Notes under the pieces: generated by a model
Told to the model about the DNA's origin: nothing
Seen by the model: the letters and a program-made list of their open reading frames with translations, nothing else
Databases searched by the model: none
Translations under genes and position numbers: made by a program
In this document: one piece after another, positions 24,266 to 38,833 of the stretch
Numbering within the stretch: the first letter of the stretch is position 1
How the letters are laid out: the number at the start of each line of letters is the position of its first letter
NCBI RefSeq assembly: GCF_006345805.1
Contig: NC_043010.1
Coordinates: 59,272,001-59,336,000 of the forward strand
Origin: Octopus sinensis
Lineage: Eukaryota
Length of the DNA stretch: 64,000 bases
Direction: 5' to 3'

Positions 24266-26635
24266 ATGTTCCTGTCATTGTCTGTTGTATTGTCAATGGT
24301 CCACTGTGTCTTGACCATAGACCTTACTTACCATGTGGAAGAAGAGAGAAGTCCAGGAACATATGTAGCAGACATTGCTGCCGATTCTAAACTCTTAGAC
24401 AATGTTAAACCATCTGACCAACATTTGATAACATTCAGTCAATTCAAACGAAAGGTGGCACAGTTATTTAATATCACCAAAACAGGTAAACTATACACTG
24501 CTCAGACACTGGATGCAGAAGATCTCTGCACATTCAACAAAGAATGTTCCAGAACTATGAAAGTTATTATAAAGAAAGTGGATAGTTTCACAAAAATATT
24601 AAAAGTCAAAATAGTAATAGAAGACATTAATGACCATGAACCGGAGTTTCCTGAAAAACAAATAATTTTAAAGTTTGGTGAAGGAGATCGTGAAGGTATG
24701 AAAAAGTCAATTCCAAATGCCATAGACAAAGATGTGAGTTATCAAAATTCTTTCATTGAATATAAACTTAAAAAGTCTAATTCATTTTCTTTGTCAGTTT
24801 CTAAAAGAGCTGATGGTATTTCATCATTAAAGATTGTTTTAAAGGATAAATTAGACCGAGAGTTAAAAGATAAGTACAATTTAGAAGTTATTGCTAAAGA
24901 TGGAGGTTCTCCATCTAAACAGAATGTGTTAAATGTTGTGATTGTTGTTGACGATCAGAATGATAATCCACCTGTATTTTCAAAACCCCTTTATAATATT
25001 TCCATTAGAACCACACACGACAAAACAAAACCCATTCTTACTTTGTCAGTGACAGACAAAGATATTGGATCCAACAGTAAAATTACTTTCCATTTCAGCC
25101 CCAAAACTTCTGATTTGGCAAAGAAATATTTCGAATTGGATGAAAAAGCTGGCAAAGTATTTTTATCTAGAATTTCTAGTTTAAATGAAAAAACATCTTT
25201 TGAATTATTTATAGAAGCCAGAGATGGAGGTAACCCACCACTCAGTTCCATAGCAACTGTTTTGGTAAATGTTATCAACCAACACAATAATCCTCCATCT
25301 ATTGATATTGATTATGTCTCTGCAATCAGTGACAACACAGGTACCATCTCTGAAAAGATCAAAGTCGGTAGTTTCATTGCATATGTGATGGTCACTGACA
25401 ATGATGTGGGACAAAATGGAGAGGTCAGCTGTGATATCAAACATGATACATTCAAACTACAGTCAATGGGATCTAAAGAATATAAAATCATTCTAAACAA
25501 ACCAGTGGACAGAGAAACACAAGGACACTATAACATTCCTGTCTCCTGTCAAGATAAAGGATTACCTCCTCTTAAAAGTGTTAAAAGCCTCTCTATCCAA
25601 GTGACTGACATCAACGATGTACAACCACAGTTTACCAAAGATACATTCCAATTCCTCACCTACGAAAACAAAGATAAAGACTTCCCTATTGGTTTTGTCA
25701 ATGCCACTGACCCTGATCTTGGATCTGCTGGACAACTCACATATTCTCTGCTGCGTAAAGAAAAATCCAATCTCCCATTTCTCATCACCAGTTATGGCTT
25801 CATTTCAGCGACCATGTCATTGGACAGAGAGAAACAAGATGTGTATAAGTTTGAGGTTTTTGTCAAAGACAATGGAAGCCCATCTCTGAATGACACAGCG
25901 AATGTTGTTGTTGAGATTCTAGATCAAAATGACAATGCTCCGTATTTTACATATCCTAGTAGTGACCCTTACACGCTAAATGTGCAGTACCATCCGCAGA
26001 GTAAGAGTGACATCACAGTTTTGAGAGCCTCTGATGGGGACAGTGGAAACAATGCTTTCCTCAGATATGCAATCATACAAGGAAATGCTAAACAGTTGTT
26101 TAGTATGAACTCACACAGTGGTGCTTTATCCTTCTCCAGACAAGTTTATCTAAATGATGCCGGAAGTTATGAGCTGGTGTTTGTTGTGAAGGACAGTGGT
26201 AGTCCAGTTCAGTCGTCAACAACTAGTGTCACTTTGGTATTGGCTGTTAGTAACGAGACATCACCAATGTCGAAGAGTGGACCTTTACAATCTTCAGGTC
26301 GGGTCCATATGACATGGGTTATTATCATTGTATCATCAGCAGTAATAATATCAGTGGCTATTGTTGTTTCTATAACGCTGTGTATTATGAAATGTATTAA
26401 ACACAGAGATAACACAGCTGCTGCCACAAAGAATACAGCCTACCAAGGTAGAGCAGAGATGAAACAATTGTTGTACCAGACTAACACTTCTGTTGCTATG
26501 TCGAGGAATGCAGAAGAGATGGTGAAGCGGAATATCTATTCTGAGAGATCCAAGAGTGAATGTTATGCAGAAGGTCAGCTACAGAACAAATATGAATCTT
26601 CAGTTCAGTCGAGAACTTTACCAAAACCTACCCCA
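24266..26635 (+). CDS. Pcdh: Protocadherin gene 3 main coding exon (790 codons; 2-aa deletion in EC2)
   Basis: Intact ORF with six EC repeats and TM; acceptor at 24209/24210; donor CCA|GTAAGT. Confidence 0.93.
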
Positions 26636-26806
26636 GTAAGTGGAAACATTACATTTTCTCTCTGTAAAAGTGAACAATGAAATCTCTTTGAATATGTTTT
26701 AACTTCAATAATACATTCCAATATTAAATTGTTCTCTTTCCATGTTGATTGTAACTTCCATTGTTTGGTGTCTTCTCACATTTCTTTATCGTTTGTTTGT
26801 CAACAG

Positions 26807-26960
26807 AAATACTGTCAACCTGTTGTGGTGACATCAAGTGATGATGCTGTGGAAGATAATGCTACTATGGTTTGTAACTATACATCAGATACAATGTCAT
26901 CCAAGAGAAGTGGTAGACAAGGAGACTTGAAACATTATGAAGAAGTACCAGGAGTATCAG
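26807..26960 (+). CDS. Pcdh: Pcdh gene 3 second coding exon
   Basis: Near-identical 154-nt exon (YEEVP variant); canonical splice sites. Confidence 0.85.
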
Positions 26961-27160
26961 GTTAGTAACTACGTCTATATGTTACTTTTTCATTATCCTA
27001 AGTGTGGACATTTACTAATCTTAACTTTATACCATTCAATAGATGATGATTACATTTGTATTTATGCTTGTTGGAGATTATTCTCTTAATATTTTTTCTT
27101 TCATTGCTTCTACAATGCTGATTTGCTGTTTGTTTTGTTTTCATACTGGTTGTTAACATT

Positions 27161-27389
27161 TTAACCCTTTCATTACCATATTTCTGTTGAGATGCTCTGT
27201 GTTTCTTTCAATTAATTTTAAATATAACAAAGAATTTAGTAAAATAACTTAGTTATCATTAAGCTAGTGTTAGGAACATAAATTGTGACTAAGGTTTGGT
27301 GGAAGATTTTAATTTAGAACTTATGAAAACAAGACATTTGTACTCAGAGCCAGAGCCAGTTTCAGCCGGGTTGGTAACAAAAGGGCTAA
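27161..27389. mobile_element. piggyBac-type MITE
   Basis: TTAA-CCCTTTCATTACCA ... TGGTAACAAAAGGG-CTAA. Confidence 0.65.
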
Positions 27390-28334
27390 ATATATTTTTG
27401 TTTGCTTTCATCCTGCATTATATATTTTGTGACATGTAGTTTTCTTTATCTGACTTATTCCTCCTTAATCTAATTACAGACACTTAAAGCTAATTTATGC
27501 CACTTTTTCCTGAGGCCTATATTACATGTCAATTCTACTTTGGTTGTATCTTTAGTCACATAATTCCAAATCACTTCTTTGTTTATATTTAACAAGAGCA
27601 CGGTTAATATATTATATTTAACTTAGTACATTTTTTCATAGCTGTACAGCTTCCCTTTTAATGAACACATCTGGTATAGTTCTTCTTTATCAGAGATTAT
27701 TGTTTCAAAAATGTTTTACAGAAATTATTGATCACACTATCATTTTTGTAACATCCAGTACTGTGTGTGTCAAACATTTTGTACAATTAATGATATATTT
27801 TGAGAGACAATTTATTAAGTCTGTAGAACTTCAGTACAAGAATGTGAATATTCCTAGTTATACCAATATGATTGATATTTTATTTCTGTTGTATTATCAG
27901 AGATTTCATTATAACTTTTATGTATCAATACTGAAATTCCAGCTTACTTCATTTTTCTATACTATTTCTTGATAAAGTTTGATCTTCTCTTGACCCTAAG
28001 AAGTATTTTAAATTTATCCATTACTTAGAAAAATTGTTTTACTCAAAAATCGCTTTTCCTATCACGACTCTTTCTGTCTTTATGTTCTAAGTTCAAATTC
28101 CGCTAAGGTTGACTTTGCCTTTCATCCTTTCATGTTCAATAAATTAAGTACCAGTTGCATACTAGGGTCCATCTAATCGACTGTCACCTCCTCAAAAATT
28201 TCAGGCCTTGTGCCAAGAGTAGAAAAGAATACTTTCTGCAGTTCTTCACCATCAATAAATGCTTGTAAAATACATTTTTCTATTCTCACTTGTGTTGAAT
28301 TAATATCAAAATCTATTTTGTTTCTAAATTCCAG

Positions 28335-28411
28335 ATCAAAATATTTACAAAAATAACGATACATCTACTTCAAAAGATTCCAGTGAAGAAACACCTGTGA
28401 AACATGTATGA
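28335..28411 (+). CDS. Pcdh: Pcdh gene 3 terminal coding exon (D-QNIYKNNDTSTSKDSSEETPVKHV*)
   Basis: TTCCAG|AT acceptor, TGA stop. Confidence 0.85.
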
Positions 28412-28918
28412 TAATATTGAAGTAGCATAACTACACTTGTTCCATACACACAATCAACATTACACATTCCTTCGTATCTCTAATATATAGCATTAGTTAT
28501 TCCCCAAAGATAGCAGTTTCTGAAAAGCTTTAATTCTCTCTACTGACACAGATTCAACCAATTTCAAATGAGTTTTCCTACTGCAATATTTTTAAGTTAC
28601 TACAATTGAAAAAACTGAAATATGATCAACACTTAATAAAAAGAAACCTACTTTAGCTCTGACATGTAATGGTCTAAATTTATATAATGGAGTTGCACAA
28701 AGAATATTGTCCTAGGATATCTAAATTATAAATCTAAAAAGGAATTTTAATGAAAATATTTATTATCACCATTTTCTTTATAATTTCCAAAAAAATACTT
28801 ATGAAAGTAAGACTAGATATTGATATTGTCACTGTTCTTGAAAAACACTGACAATCATTTACTATAAATGTAAAATATACAGCTGAGTGAAAAGAAATTA
28901 GGACTAAAGACAATTCTC

Positions 28919-28949
28919 ATTGGTCCTTTATTGAAGTCATTCAACCAAT
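28919..28949 (+). promoter_or_regulatory. Inverted CCAAT pair, putative promoter of gene 4
   Basis: ATTGG-N21-CCAAT about 204 bp upstream of leader copy 4. Confidence 0.6.
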
Positions 28950-29152
28950 CAGATTCTCACTAAAACATAGAATGAAGTCACTTAGAAAGCTAAGCATTTA
29001 CATTATTGATGTTATTAAACCAAACAGTTATGTTTAACTATAAAATATTGCTGCTATTTAAATATAACTCTGTATATATCTAAATATTCACTAATAATCT
29101 TCTTTAAGGATAAATACATACAAAATAATATCAGACAGATGTACTCTCACAA

Positions 29153-29337
29153 AACATACAACTTCAGTGACACATGCAACCCTCTCCTAGCAGCAGACTC
29201 TCTGCCTGACGTGCTACACTACTCCATCACCATAACAGCCATTGTCACACCATTACAGCAGCACTTACAGTGGATCTTTCTACAACAATACATCTTTCTC
29301 TTTCTCACTGAATAACCAATGATATAATTATAAAAAG
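29153..29337 (+). other. Putative non-coding leader exon of Pcdh gene 4
   Basis: 185-bp copy (1-bp deletion, one A>G), donor at 29338. Confidence 0.75.
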
Positions 29338-30690
29338 GTAAGTTTCTATTTAATCTTTTTATAATCTCATTTGATATAATAAGTCTCACTTAATCTGTAA
29401 TATATTGTTTTTAATATATTTAATAGTAATAAGGGAACAAAGACACTGAAGAATAATTCGCCCTTATTTTTCACTAATATTTTTCATATTGTTTTAATTA
29501 AAATTAATTGGATTATGTTGATTAAAGAGCTTAATATTTAGACTGTACCCATTAAAACAAGACTAGTCGTATCAATTCGTTATGCATATTGATCAGTAAT
29601 CAGAGACAACACTCTCCACAATATAGTGTTATTGTGTCTGTTTGTTTTTGATTTAACTAAGATCTAATATCGTACCACAATAGCAGATGGCATGTGAAAG
29701 ATATCTTCACATGTTTGTATTCAATTTATGAAAGAAGATTTTGTCTAAATCCTTTTGTAATGTGAAGAGTTTTAGCAGTAATGAAGTAATGGTGTGTTTT
29801 ATATTTTGCTTAGAGTTACTAGCAGCAGACATATTAGAATCCCTTCTTAACTGTCAAGAATGGAGATGGTAGCATATATTGTTATGGTCCAGCTCTAATT
29901 TAAATTGATGAAACTCTAAATATACATATTTTATCTTACTCCTGCTATGATAATAAATCAAATAGGAGTTCATTGAAAATCTCATCTCAAAAAAAATCTA
30001 AATCATATTGTTTTATTTAAAGTTAATTGGATTATGTTGGTAAAAATGTTTAATATTTAAACTTTATCCATTAAAACAATATTATTAAAACAGAACCCAA
30101 ATTATAAATCTTGCCTGCTTTTTTTTCCCGTTATTTCCTTAGCGATAAAATTTCCATCGGTTAATTTTATTTCAAACTTCTTTTAACATTTATTATTAAT
30201 TATCATGAGAATATTTAATACTTCTTCCATCAAAGATTACTTATTTCAGGAGGAATATATTGTGTATCATCTAGGATATGTTTTAGAATTCTTCTCAACT
30301 ATTTTTTAGAATTCTTCTGGACTAGTTTTTAACTTATTTCTTTCATCATAAATCTTTGCTTACGTTATGCACTGCATTTTATGGTAATGTTCCTGTCATA
30401 TTTCCAACTTCAGTAAAAAAAAATAATAATAATCCTGTCCCCCACAGCAGAAGTGTTAAGGCTGGCTGCTTTCCCTGGTGAAAAAGATTGGTTTGCTAGA
30501 GTCAAGGGCTGGTGCCATATAAAAACACTCAAGCTAGCTTCACATAAAAGCATTTGTGCTGGTGCCACATTAAAAGCACCCAGCACACACGCATCAAGCC
30601 ATAAAAACCAAGCTCAATCAGACTGGAACCTTCAGCTTGCCAGCAAACTGTTCCACCCATGTCAGTATGGAAGATGGATGTTAAATCATG

Positions 30691-30724
<34 letters not shown>

Positions 30725-31542
30725 ACTCCAACCACCACCACCACCACGGTCACTACTACTACGACCAACAGTCACTGCTACTATTACTATTTCGGCCGCT
30801 GCTCATTTTCACAATTACGGCCAATGAATCTAGTCAATGCACAAGGCAGCCATTATGCTCCCTTCCACAAAATACCACCACGTGGACTCTGTTGAGACTA
30901 GTAAGAAACAATTATGAACTTTTTTATTACACTTAAATTTTTTAAATATTTTTGATAAGGTTCGTTTTTTTCAAGAAGAACCGAAACATGTAAAATCTCT
31001 AAGAAAATTAACATTTATCTTATATAGTGGCGTTTTCAAACTTCTTTTTTATAAATATATATAAACAACTTATAAATAAGGAGGTAATGCTGGCCACTGA
31101 TAAAATTTTTTGAAAATTTTATCCTATATTCAAACTATTCGGCATTATCGGCCTCTCAGCAGCTCCTTGCCTGATGAACAACACTGCAGTAGTGACTTGG
31201 TGATTGTCCACTGTAGTAGTGGCAGTTCACTCTCAGCTGTCATCATTGCTGTTGATGTGGCTGTCATCCACATCCAAAACAATATCAAGGTAATTCTTTC
31301 AATGATTTAAGAAAAAAAAAGAAAAAACCTTGGAAACTCTAGAATCAATTTTTTTTTAATGTTTTTGTTTTGTTAGGGTTGATCTACGGTCAAAAACACT
31401 CCAACCATGACCAGCCCATCTATCACTCAGTCATAATGTATTAAGAAATACATTAATCTGTTGGTTTTCAATAACTTTCTCTTTATGATACATTGGACAA
31501 TGAAATATATAATTACTGGTACTACAACATTTATCATTTCTA

Positions 31543-32160
31543 AGACTAATGTAATCAATAACCAGTCATTAAAATAGATTTAAATATCGCATATTTTGTG
31601 TAAGTAGTATTACTGGCCTTGTGGATAAGGGGTGCTGGTTACAAACAGGACAGTGGGGTAGATGGAGGTTTCAGTCTCAGGTAGGGATTGAGATATGATC
31701 TCATTTAGTTTTATTTTTTTCTGTAAATGGAGAAAGGGGGAAAAAAATACTGAATACTTAGGCCAGGATTGATCCTTTGTTAAAGAGGTTTGTGTGTTGC
31801 TGTGTCCATAGCTTTACACACAAGACCATTGAGACAACAGCAATAACTAGTATGAAAATGATGTATTTAAACCTATCGGACTAATGTAATCAACAACCAA
31901 TCATTAAAATAGATTTAAATATCTCAAATTTTGTATAAGTAGTATTACTTGCTTTGTGGCCTAGTGGATAAGGGGTGTTTGGTGACAGACAAGACAGTGG
32001 GGTAGATGGAGGTTTCAGTCTCAGGTAGTGATATGATCTCATTTTTATTTTTTCTCTAGAGATGTGTTAAAAGGGGGAAGAAAAATAAAACACAATCAGT
32101 ATGGGCCAAGATTGATCCTTTCTCCAAGGGGTATAATTTGAAAATGATATATTTAAATCT
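31543..32160 (+). repeat. Diverged tandem duplication, two units of about 300-335 bp
   Basis: GACTAATGTAATCAA...GGGGTAGATGGAGGTTTCAGTCTCAGGTAG...GATTGATCCTTT occurs twice in tandem. Confidence 0.75.
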
Positions 32161-32429
32161 TATATAGCTATTTGATGTGGTGGTGTTCATGGTTTTCTGT
32201 GACTTTAGTAATATGAGGGGAGAATGTGAAATGCTCCAGATCACAACATGCTACTTGGTTCAGGAATTGATCTCACAGCCTTAATGATTATAAGCTGAAC
32301 ACCCTAACCACAAGACCATGCACTTTCATGGCAAAGTCAGTAGCATGATGGGTTGATTTCCATTTATATCCTGGGTTCAAGTCCAGCTTAGCTTTTCATT
32401 CTTCTGGGGTCAATAAAATAAAATATGGG

Positions 32430-33367
32430 CCGTGACTGCTGAGGACATGCATAAGCTCGCAAGGAATGAATCCAGTATGATCCGATGGATGTGTAATGTC
32501 AGCGTGCATACTCGACAGAGTGTGAGTACCTTGAGAGAAAAGTTGGACCTAAGAAGCATCAGATGTAGTGTGCAAGAGAGACGACTGCGCTGGTATGGTC
32601 ATGTGACAAGAATGGATGAGGATAGCTGTGTGAAAAAGTGCCACACCTTGGTTGAGGGAACCTGTGGAAGAGGTAGATCCAGGAAGACATGGGATGAAGT
32701 GGTGAAGCATGACCTTTGAACATTAGGCTTCACTGAGGCAATGACTAGTGACCGAGACTTTTGGAAATATGCTGTGCTTGAGAAGACCCGGCAAGCCAAA
32801 TGAGACCATAACCTCATGGCCTATGCCAGGAGTGTAACCAGCCCGCTTATGCATACCTTTTCCTTCTTTGGACACTAAAACTCTGCTTGCAAAGACCTGT
32901 TGAGGCAAGTGAAGTCAAATTCGATGACTGGCATCCGTGCTAGTGGAGTGTGAAGAGCACCATCCAAGCATGATTGTTGCCAGAGCAGCTGACTGGCTTC
33001 CGTGCTGGTGGCACGTAAAAGGCACCATTTGAGCGTGATCATTACCAGCATCGCCTTGGTGGCACGTGAAAAAACATTCGAGCGAGCTTGTTGCCAGTGC
33101 TGCTGGACTGGCTCCTGTGCAGGTAGCATGTAAAAAGCACCATTTGAGCGTGGCCATTGCCAGTACCACCTGACTGGCCCCCGTGCCGGCGGCACATAAA
33201 AGCACCCACTACACTCTCAGAGTGGTTGGCATTAGGAAGGGCATCCAGCTGTAGAAACTCTGCCAGATCAAGTTTGGAGTCTGGTGCAGCCATCTGGTTT
33301 GCCAGTCCTCAATCAAATCATCCAACCCATGCTAGCATGGAAAGTGGACGTTAAACGATGATGATGA
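32430..33367 (+). mobile_element. 5'-truncated RTE-clade LINE (ORF2 C-terminus, 3'UTR, (GAT)n tail)
   Basis: RRLRWYGHVTRM...GRGRSRKTWDEVV is typical of the RTE ORF2 end; microsatellite tail. Confidence 0.8.
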
Positions 33368-34139
33368 ATTGAATACAAATTCAACTTCTATTAGAATTGC
33401 TTAATTCTTTTCTGTCAGTTTTTCTATCATTCACAAATGAACTAATACACTCGTTATTTCTATTTACCTCAATAATTCAGTGGCTACTTCAAGCTGTCAG
33501 TTTTGCCTGCTTGACATGTCACCTTTATCCAAGAAAATTACATATTTTATTATTGGAAAAGGTTTGTTTCCAATTAAACTGAAGTAGATTTCACTCAGAT
33601 ATATTTGATATAAAACATTATTAATTATTCCTATGAAGATTATTTGTTTTAGTGGTGTTGTTCATTTAGGTTTCATAGAAAAGTAGAGCTCTTTGTTTTT
33701 GTTGACTTACGTCAGCCATGATTGATAAATGAATACACGGTTAAGTTTTTTAGACAATTGTTTATATTCATAAAGAAAGTTTAAGTAAGTTTAACTGGAT
33801 ATTATAAGATACATGCATTCATTATATTTCGTGTGCATATCAACTGAGAAACAAATCTAGTTCTATGATGATCATCTCTTAAGAAGATGATATACAAAGT
33901 CTGGGAGAATAAGTAGCTTATGAGATAAATTATCACAAGAGAGGATCATGTAGTTTACAACCTACAATTGAGATTGTTGAGATGTGGAGGTGGATAGACT
34001 CTTACTAAGGTTGTTGAATGAAGACATCCCTAAAATTAATGTTTTATATTAAAATATTTTTTTACCAATCAAATAAAACGAAACAATAGTTTCTGGAAAT
34101 TATAAATCTTCTAGTTTAGTATCAGTTATTGGAGTGACC

Positions 34140-35085
34140 GATTTCAATTAGAACCAAAGAGAATTTGAACCGAAATGGAAGGTGGTTTGGGAGAACCAGA
34201 ACCACTGTCAGGAACTGTGATGTTTCACTCAGATTACTGGAAGAATCTCTCCTATCAACCACAGTTTTTCAATTCTCACCTGTATTGCCATCAAACATCT
34301 ATTTCTGTCTTTATCCTACTACCTGCGCTTACACCTCTTGGATACTCCCCAGCCCTTCTTTCTCTCACTGCTCTCAACCACTTCTCCTCCACCTCTTTCT
34401 CTCATTGTCCTAGCTCTACAGTATCCCCACCTGTGATGCTTTCCCTTTTCCCCCTCTTTGTTCTCACTGCACTCACCCACAGCTCTCCCATCCTCACATC
34501 TCTCACTTCCTCCCTCCCTCCCTCACACACACACATTCACACCGACCGTCCACAACTTCTTCAGTGATTCTTTCCAGACATCTTGTCGTTCTCGTCTACT
34601 TCTTCCTTTCTTATCCTCTCTCCTGCACACATCCCTTCCATACTTGCCCTTCTAATTGTAAAATTGTTCTTGAATCTCCTCTACACACCCTACATTATCA
34701 CCTTTCCACTCTGTCTCTCGCTTTGTCACTGACCCCTGACACTAATCCTATCTGTTCTCCCTTTCCCATTCCACACTTCCTCTCCTTGCAGTTTCTACTT
34801 TGTTACCCCTTTCATTACCTTCTGCTCTCAACTAGGAATCTAGTTCTCTTATCATCTTGCCTACACATCACTCTCTTTGAGTTATAGGGACCTGTTTAAG
34901 ACCTTATTTCTTGCCAGTGCTAGACCCACATAAAAGGGCACTCTGTACATACTGTTTTGTGATTAGCATTAGGAAGGGCATCCAGCCATAGAAACCATTC
35001 CCAATGAAGCATGATGCAATCCTCCAACACATCGGATCCTGTTGAACCATCCCACGTGGTGGAAGATGGGCATTAAATGATGTGT
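34140..35085 (+). repeat. CT-rich repeat with RTE-family 3' motif (similar to 18190-18990)
   Basis: Pyrimidine-rich body ending in GCATTAGGAAGGGCATCCAGC. Confidence 0.45.
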
Positions 35086-36132
35086 TGTACACCAGCTTTT
35101 CCTACCAAACAAAATATATACACAAGTATTTCTCTGACAGAGCTTCATGGCTATTGCCACCCTACATCAGCCACTTGTTTTTACATACAGCTTGCAATGC
35201 AGAGAACTCCTTTCATTGACTATCAACTGAAGATTGCAATGATGTCAGCATGTTCTGACAGAATTGCTCTCTCGAGTGGTGCTAAGTACCACTTATACAA
35301 CCAGTTATGTGCAGGTTCTTTTTTGTCTACACTTTTGTACATTTTATCCCATTGTCATCCATGCAGCCATCACTTCAAACTAGGAACTGCCATAACCATT
35401 CTAACCATACAGCAACCATTCTGTTTTACCACTTACTGAAGATTTTCATCACTCACAGCCTCAATCTTTCTCTCACATGTGTCTAGCATACCCATGAGGA
35501 AGCATTTTCTACTTTGCCTTTCAGCTTATGACTCATTGTTTTGAAGTCCTTCAAAGTGCAGTGCCAACCCAGTAGTACATAATAGGTCCAGTTAGAACAA
35601 AAATAGGTAGATTGTACTTTTTTCCCAAACTACCATCTCCCTTCTAACAGTGACATCAAATAACATCACAGACTATACTCAAAAGACTAAAATATGAGGA
35701 ATTACATTTATGAAAGTGAAAGAACACTCACAGCCACCATGTGTGACTACTACAAAGAAACAATAAGAATAGCATACAAAGGATATGTTCGATTTATCAT
35801 CGATTATGCATTTTCTGTATCAATACCCTTATTCTCTCCACAACAAATTATGGCAAGTAACACATGGATATGAAGTGGCATGGTATGATGTCACACAAAG
35901 TTCCATCTCTTACAGGATCTCTCACAGCTTAGAATAATGACAGGGAAAAGTAATGAACATTTCCATTCATTCTCTGCTAAATTTACACACAAAAATTATG
36001 TACTGATCTCTTTGTTGCATGAATCAATGTGTAATATATAAAAATTGAAATTGAGGAAATTGTATTTCTATTTCAGGTTCAATCTTCATCATTCCTGAAC
36101 AGATTCAACCAATTCCAACGCTCAAAATCAAC

Positions 36133-38508
36133 ATGTTACTGTCGTTGTGTATTGTATTGTCACTGGTCCACTGTGTCCTGACCATAGACCTTACTTACCA
36201 TGTGGAAGAAGAGAGAAGTCCAGGAACATATGTAGCAGACATTGCTGCCGATTCTAAACTTTTAGACAATGTTAAACCATCTGACCAACATCTGATAACA
36301 TTCAGTCAATTCAAACGAAAGGTGGCACAGTTATTTAACATCACCAAAACAGGTAAACTGTACACTGCTCAGACACTGGATGCAGAAGATCTCTGCACAT
36401 TCAACAAAGAATGTTCCAGAACTGTGAAAGTTATTATAAAGAAAATGGAATCATTCACAAAAATATTAAAAGTCAAAATTGTAATAGAAGATATCAATGA
36501 CCATGAACCAGAGTTTCCTTTAAGGAACGTAAATATACAATTTGATGAAAATGACCGTAAAGGTTCTCAAGTATCACTACCGAATGCCATAGACAAAGAT
36601 GTTGGATTTCAAAATTCCTTAATACAATATAAATTAAAATCAAAGAATGGAGAACCATTCTCTCTGTCAGTGTCTAAAAGAGCTGATGGTATTTCTTCTC
36701 TGAAAATAGTTTTAAAAGAATCATTGGACAGAGAAGTCAAAGATACGTATTTATTACAGGTCATAGCTAAAGATGGTGGGTCACCAGCAAAACAAGGTAT
36801 TTTGAATATAAATATCTCTATAACAGATGCAAATGACAACCCACCAGAGTTTTCTAAACCTCTATACAATATATCCATACAAAGTGCACATCACAAATCT
36901 AAACCCATCATTATTTTGTCTGTAACTGATGCTGATTCAGGTGAAAATGGTAAAATTACTTTCCATTTCAGCCCCAAAACATCAGATTTGGCAAAAAGCT
37001 ATTTTCAGTTAAATGTAACCAATGGAAACATTTTCTTGAGTAAATACTCCAAGTTGGAAAAAAAGAAAACCTATGAATTATTTGTAGAGGCCAGGGATGG
37101 AGGCAGTCCTCCACTCAATTCCATTGCAACTGTTCTGGTAAATGTCATCAACCAACACAATAATCCTCCATCTATGGATATAGATTATGTCTCTGCACTC
37201 AATTATAACACAGGTACCATCTCTGAAAACATCAAAGTCGGTAGTTTCATTGCTTATGTGATGGTCACTGACAATGATGTGGGACAAAATGGAGAGGTCA
37301 GCTGTGATATCAAACATGATACATTCAAACTACAGTCAATGGGATCTAAAGAATATAAAATCATTCTAAACAAACCAGTGGACAGAGAAACACAAGGACA
37401 CTATAACATTCCTGTCTCCTGTCAAGATAAAGGATTACCTCCTCTCAAAAGTGTTAAAAGCCTCTCTATCCAAGTGACTGACATCAACGATGTACAACCA
37501 CAGTTTACCAAAGATACATTCCAATTCCTCACCTACGAAAACAAAGATAAAGACTTCCCTATTGGTTTTGTCAATGCCACTGACCCTGATCTTGGATCTG
37601 CTGGACAACTCACATATTCTCTGCTGCGTAAAGAAAAATCCAATCTCCCATTTCTCATCACCAGTTATGGCTTCATTTCAGCGACCATGTCATTGGACAG
37701 AGAGAAACAAGATGTGTATAAGTTTGAGGTTTTTGTCAAAGACAATGGAAGCCCATCTCTGAATGACACAGCGAATGTTGTTGTGGAGATTCTAGATCAA
37801 AATGACAATGCTCCGTATTTTACATATCCTAGTAGTGACCCTTACACGCTAAATGTGCAGTACCATCCGCAGAGTAAGAGTGACATCACAGTTTTGAGAG
37901 CCTCTGATGGGGACAGTGGAAACAATGCTTTCCTCAGATATGCAATCATACAAGGAAATGATAAACAGTTGTTTAGTATGAACTCACACAGTGGTGCTTT
38001 ATCCTTCTCCAGACAAGTTTATCTAAATGATGCTGGAAGTTATGAGCTGGTGTTTGTTGTGAAGGACAGTGGTAGTCCAGTTCAGTCGTCAACAACTAGT
38101 GTCACTTTGGTGTTGGCTGTTAGTAACGAGACATCACCAATGTCGAAAAGTGGACCTTTACAATCTTCAGGTCGGGTCCATATGACATGGGTTATTATCA
38201 TTGTATCATCAGCAGTAATAATATCAGTGGCTATTGTTGTTTCTATAACGCTGTGTATTATGAAATGTATTAAACACAGAGATAACACAGCTGCTGCCAC
38301 AAAGAATACAGCCTACCAAGGTAGAGCAGAGATGAAACAATTGTTGTACCAGACTAACACTTCTGTTGCTATGTCGAGGAATGCAGAAGAGATGGTGAAG
38401 CGGAATATCTATTCTGAGAGATCCAAGAGTGAATGTTATGCAGAAGGTCAGCTACAGAACAAATATGAATCTTCAGTTCAGTCGAGAACTTTACCAAAAC
38501 CTACCCCA
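36133..38508 (+). CDS. Pcdh: Protocadherin gene 4 main coding exon (792 codons)
   Basis: Intact ORF with six EC repeats and TM; acceptor TTTCAG|G at 36076/36077; donor CCA|GTAAGT. Confidence 0.93.
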
Positions 38509-38679
38509 GTAAGTGGAAACATTACATTTTCTCTCTGTAAAAGTGAACAATGAAATCTCTTTGAATATGTTTTAACTTCAATAATACATTCCAATATTAA
38601 ATTGTTCTCTTTCCATGTTGATTGTAACTTCCATTGTTTGGTGTCTTCTCACATTTCTTTATCGTTTGTTTGTCAACAG

Positions 38680-38833
38680 AAATACTGTCAACCTGTTGTG
38701 GTGACATCAAGTGATGATGCTGTGGAAGATAATGCTACTATGGTTTGTAACTATACATCAGATACAATGTCATCCAAGAGAAGTGGTAGACACGGAGACT
38801 TGAAACATTACGAAGAAATACCAGGAGTATCAG
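38680..38833 (+). CDS. Pcdh: Pcdh gene 4 second coding exon
   Basis: Near-identical 154-nt exon. Confidence 0.85.
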
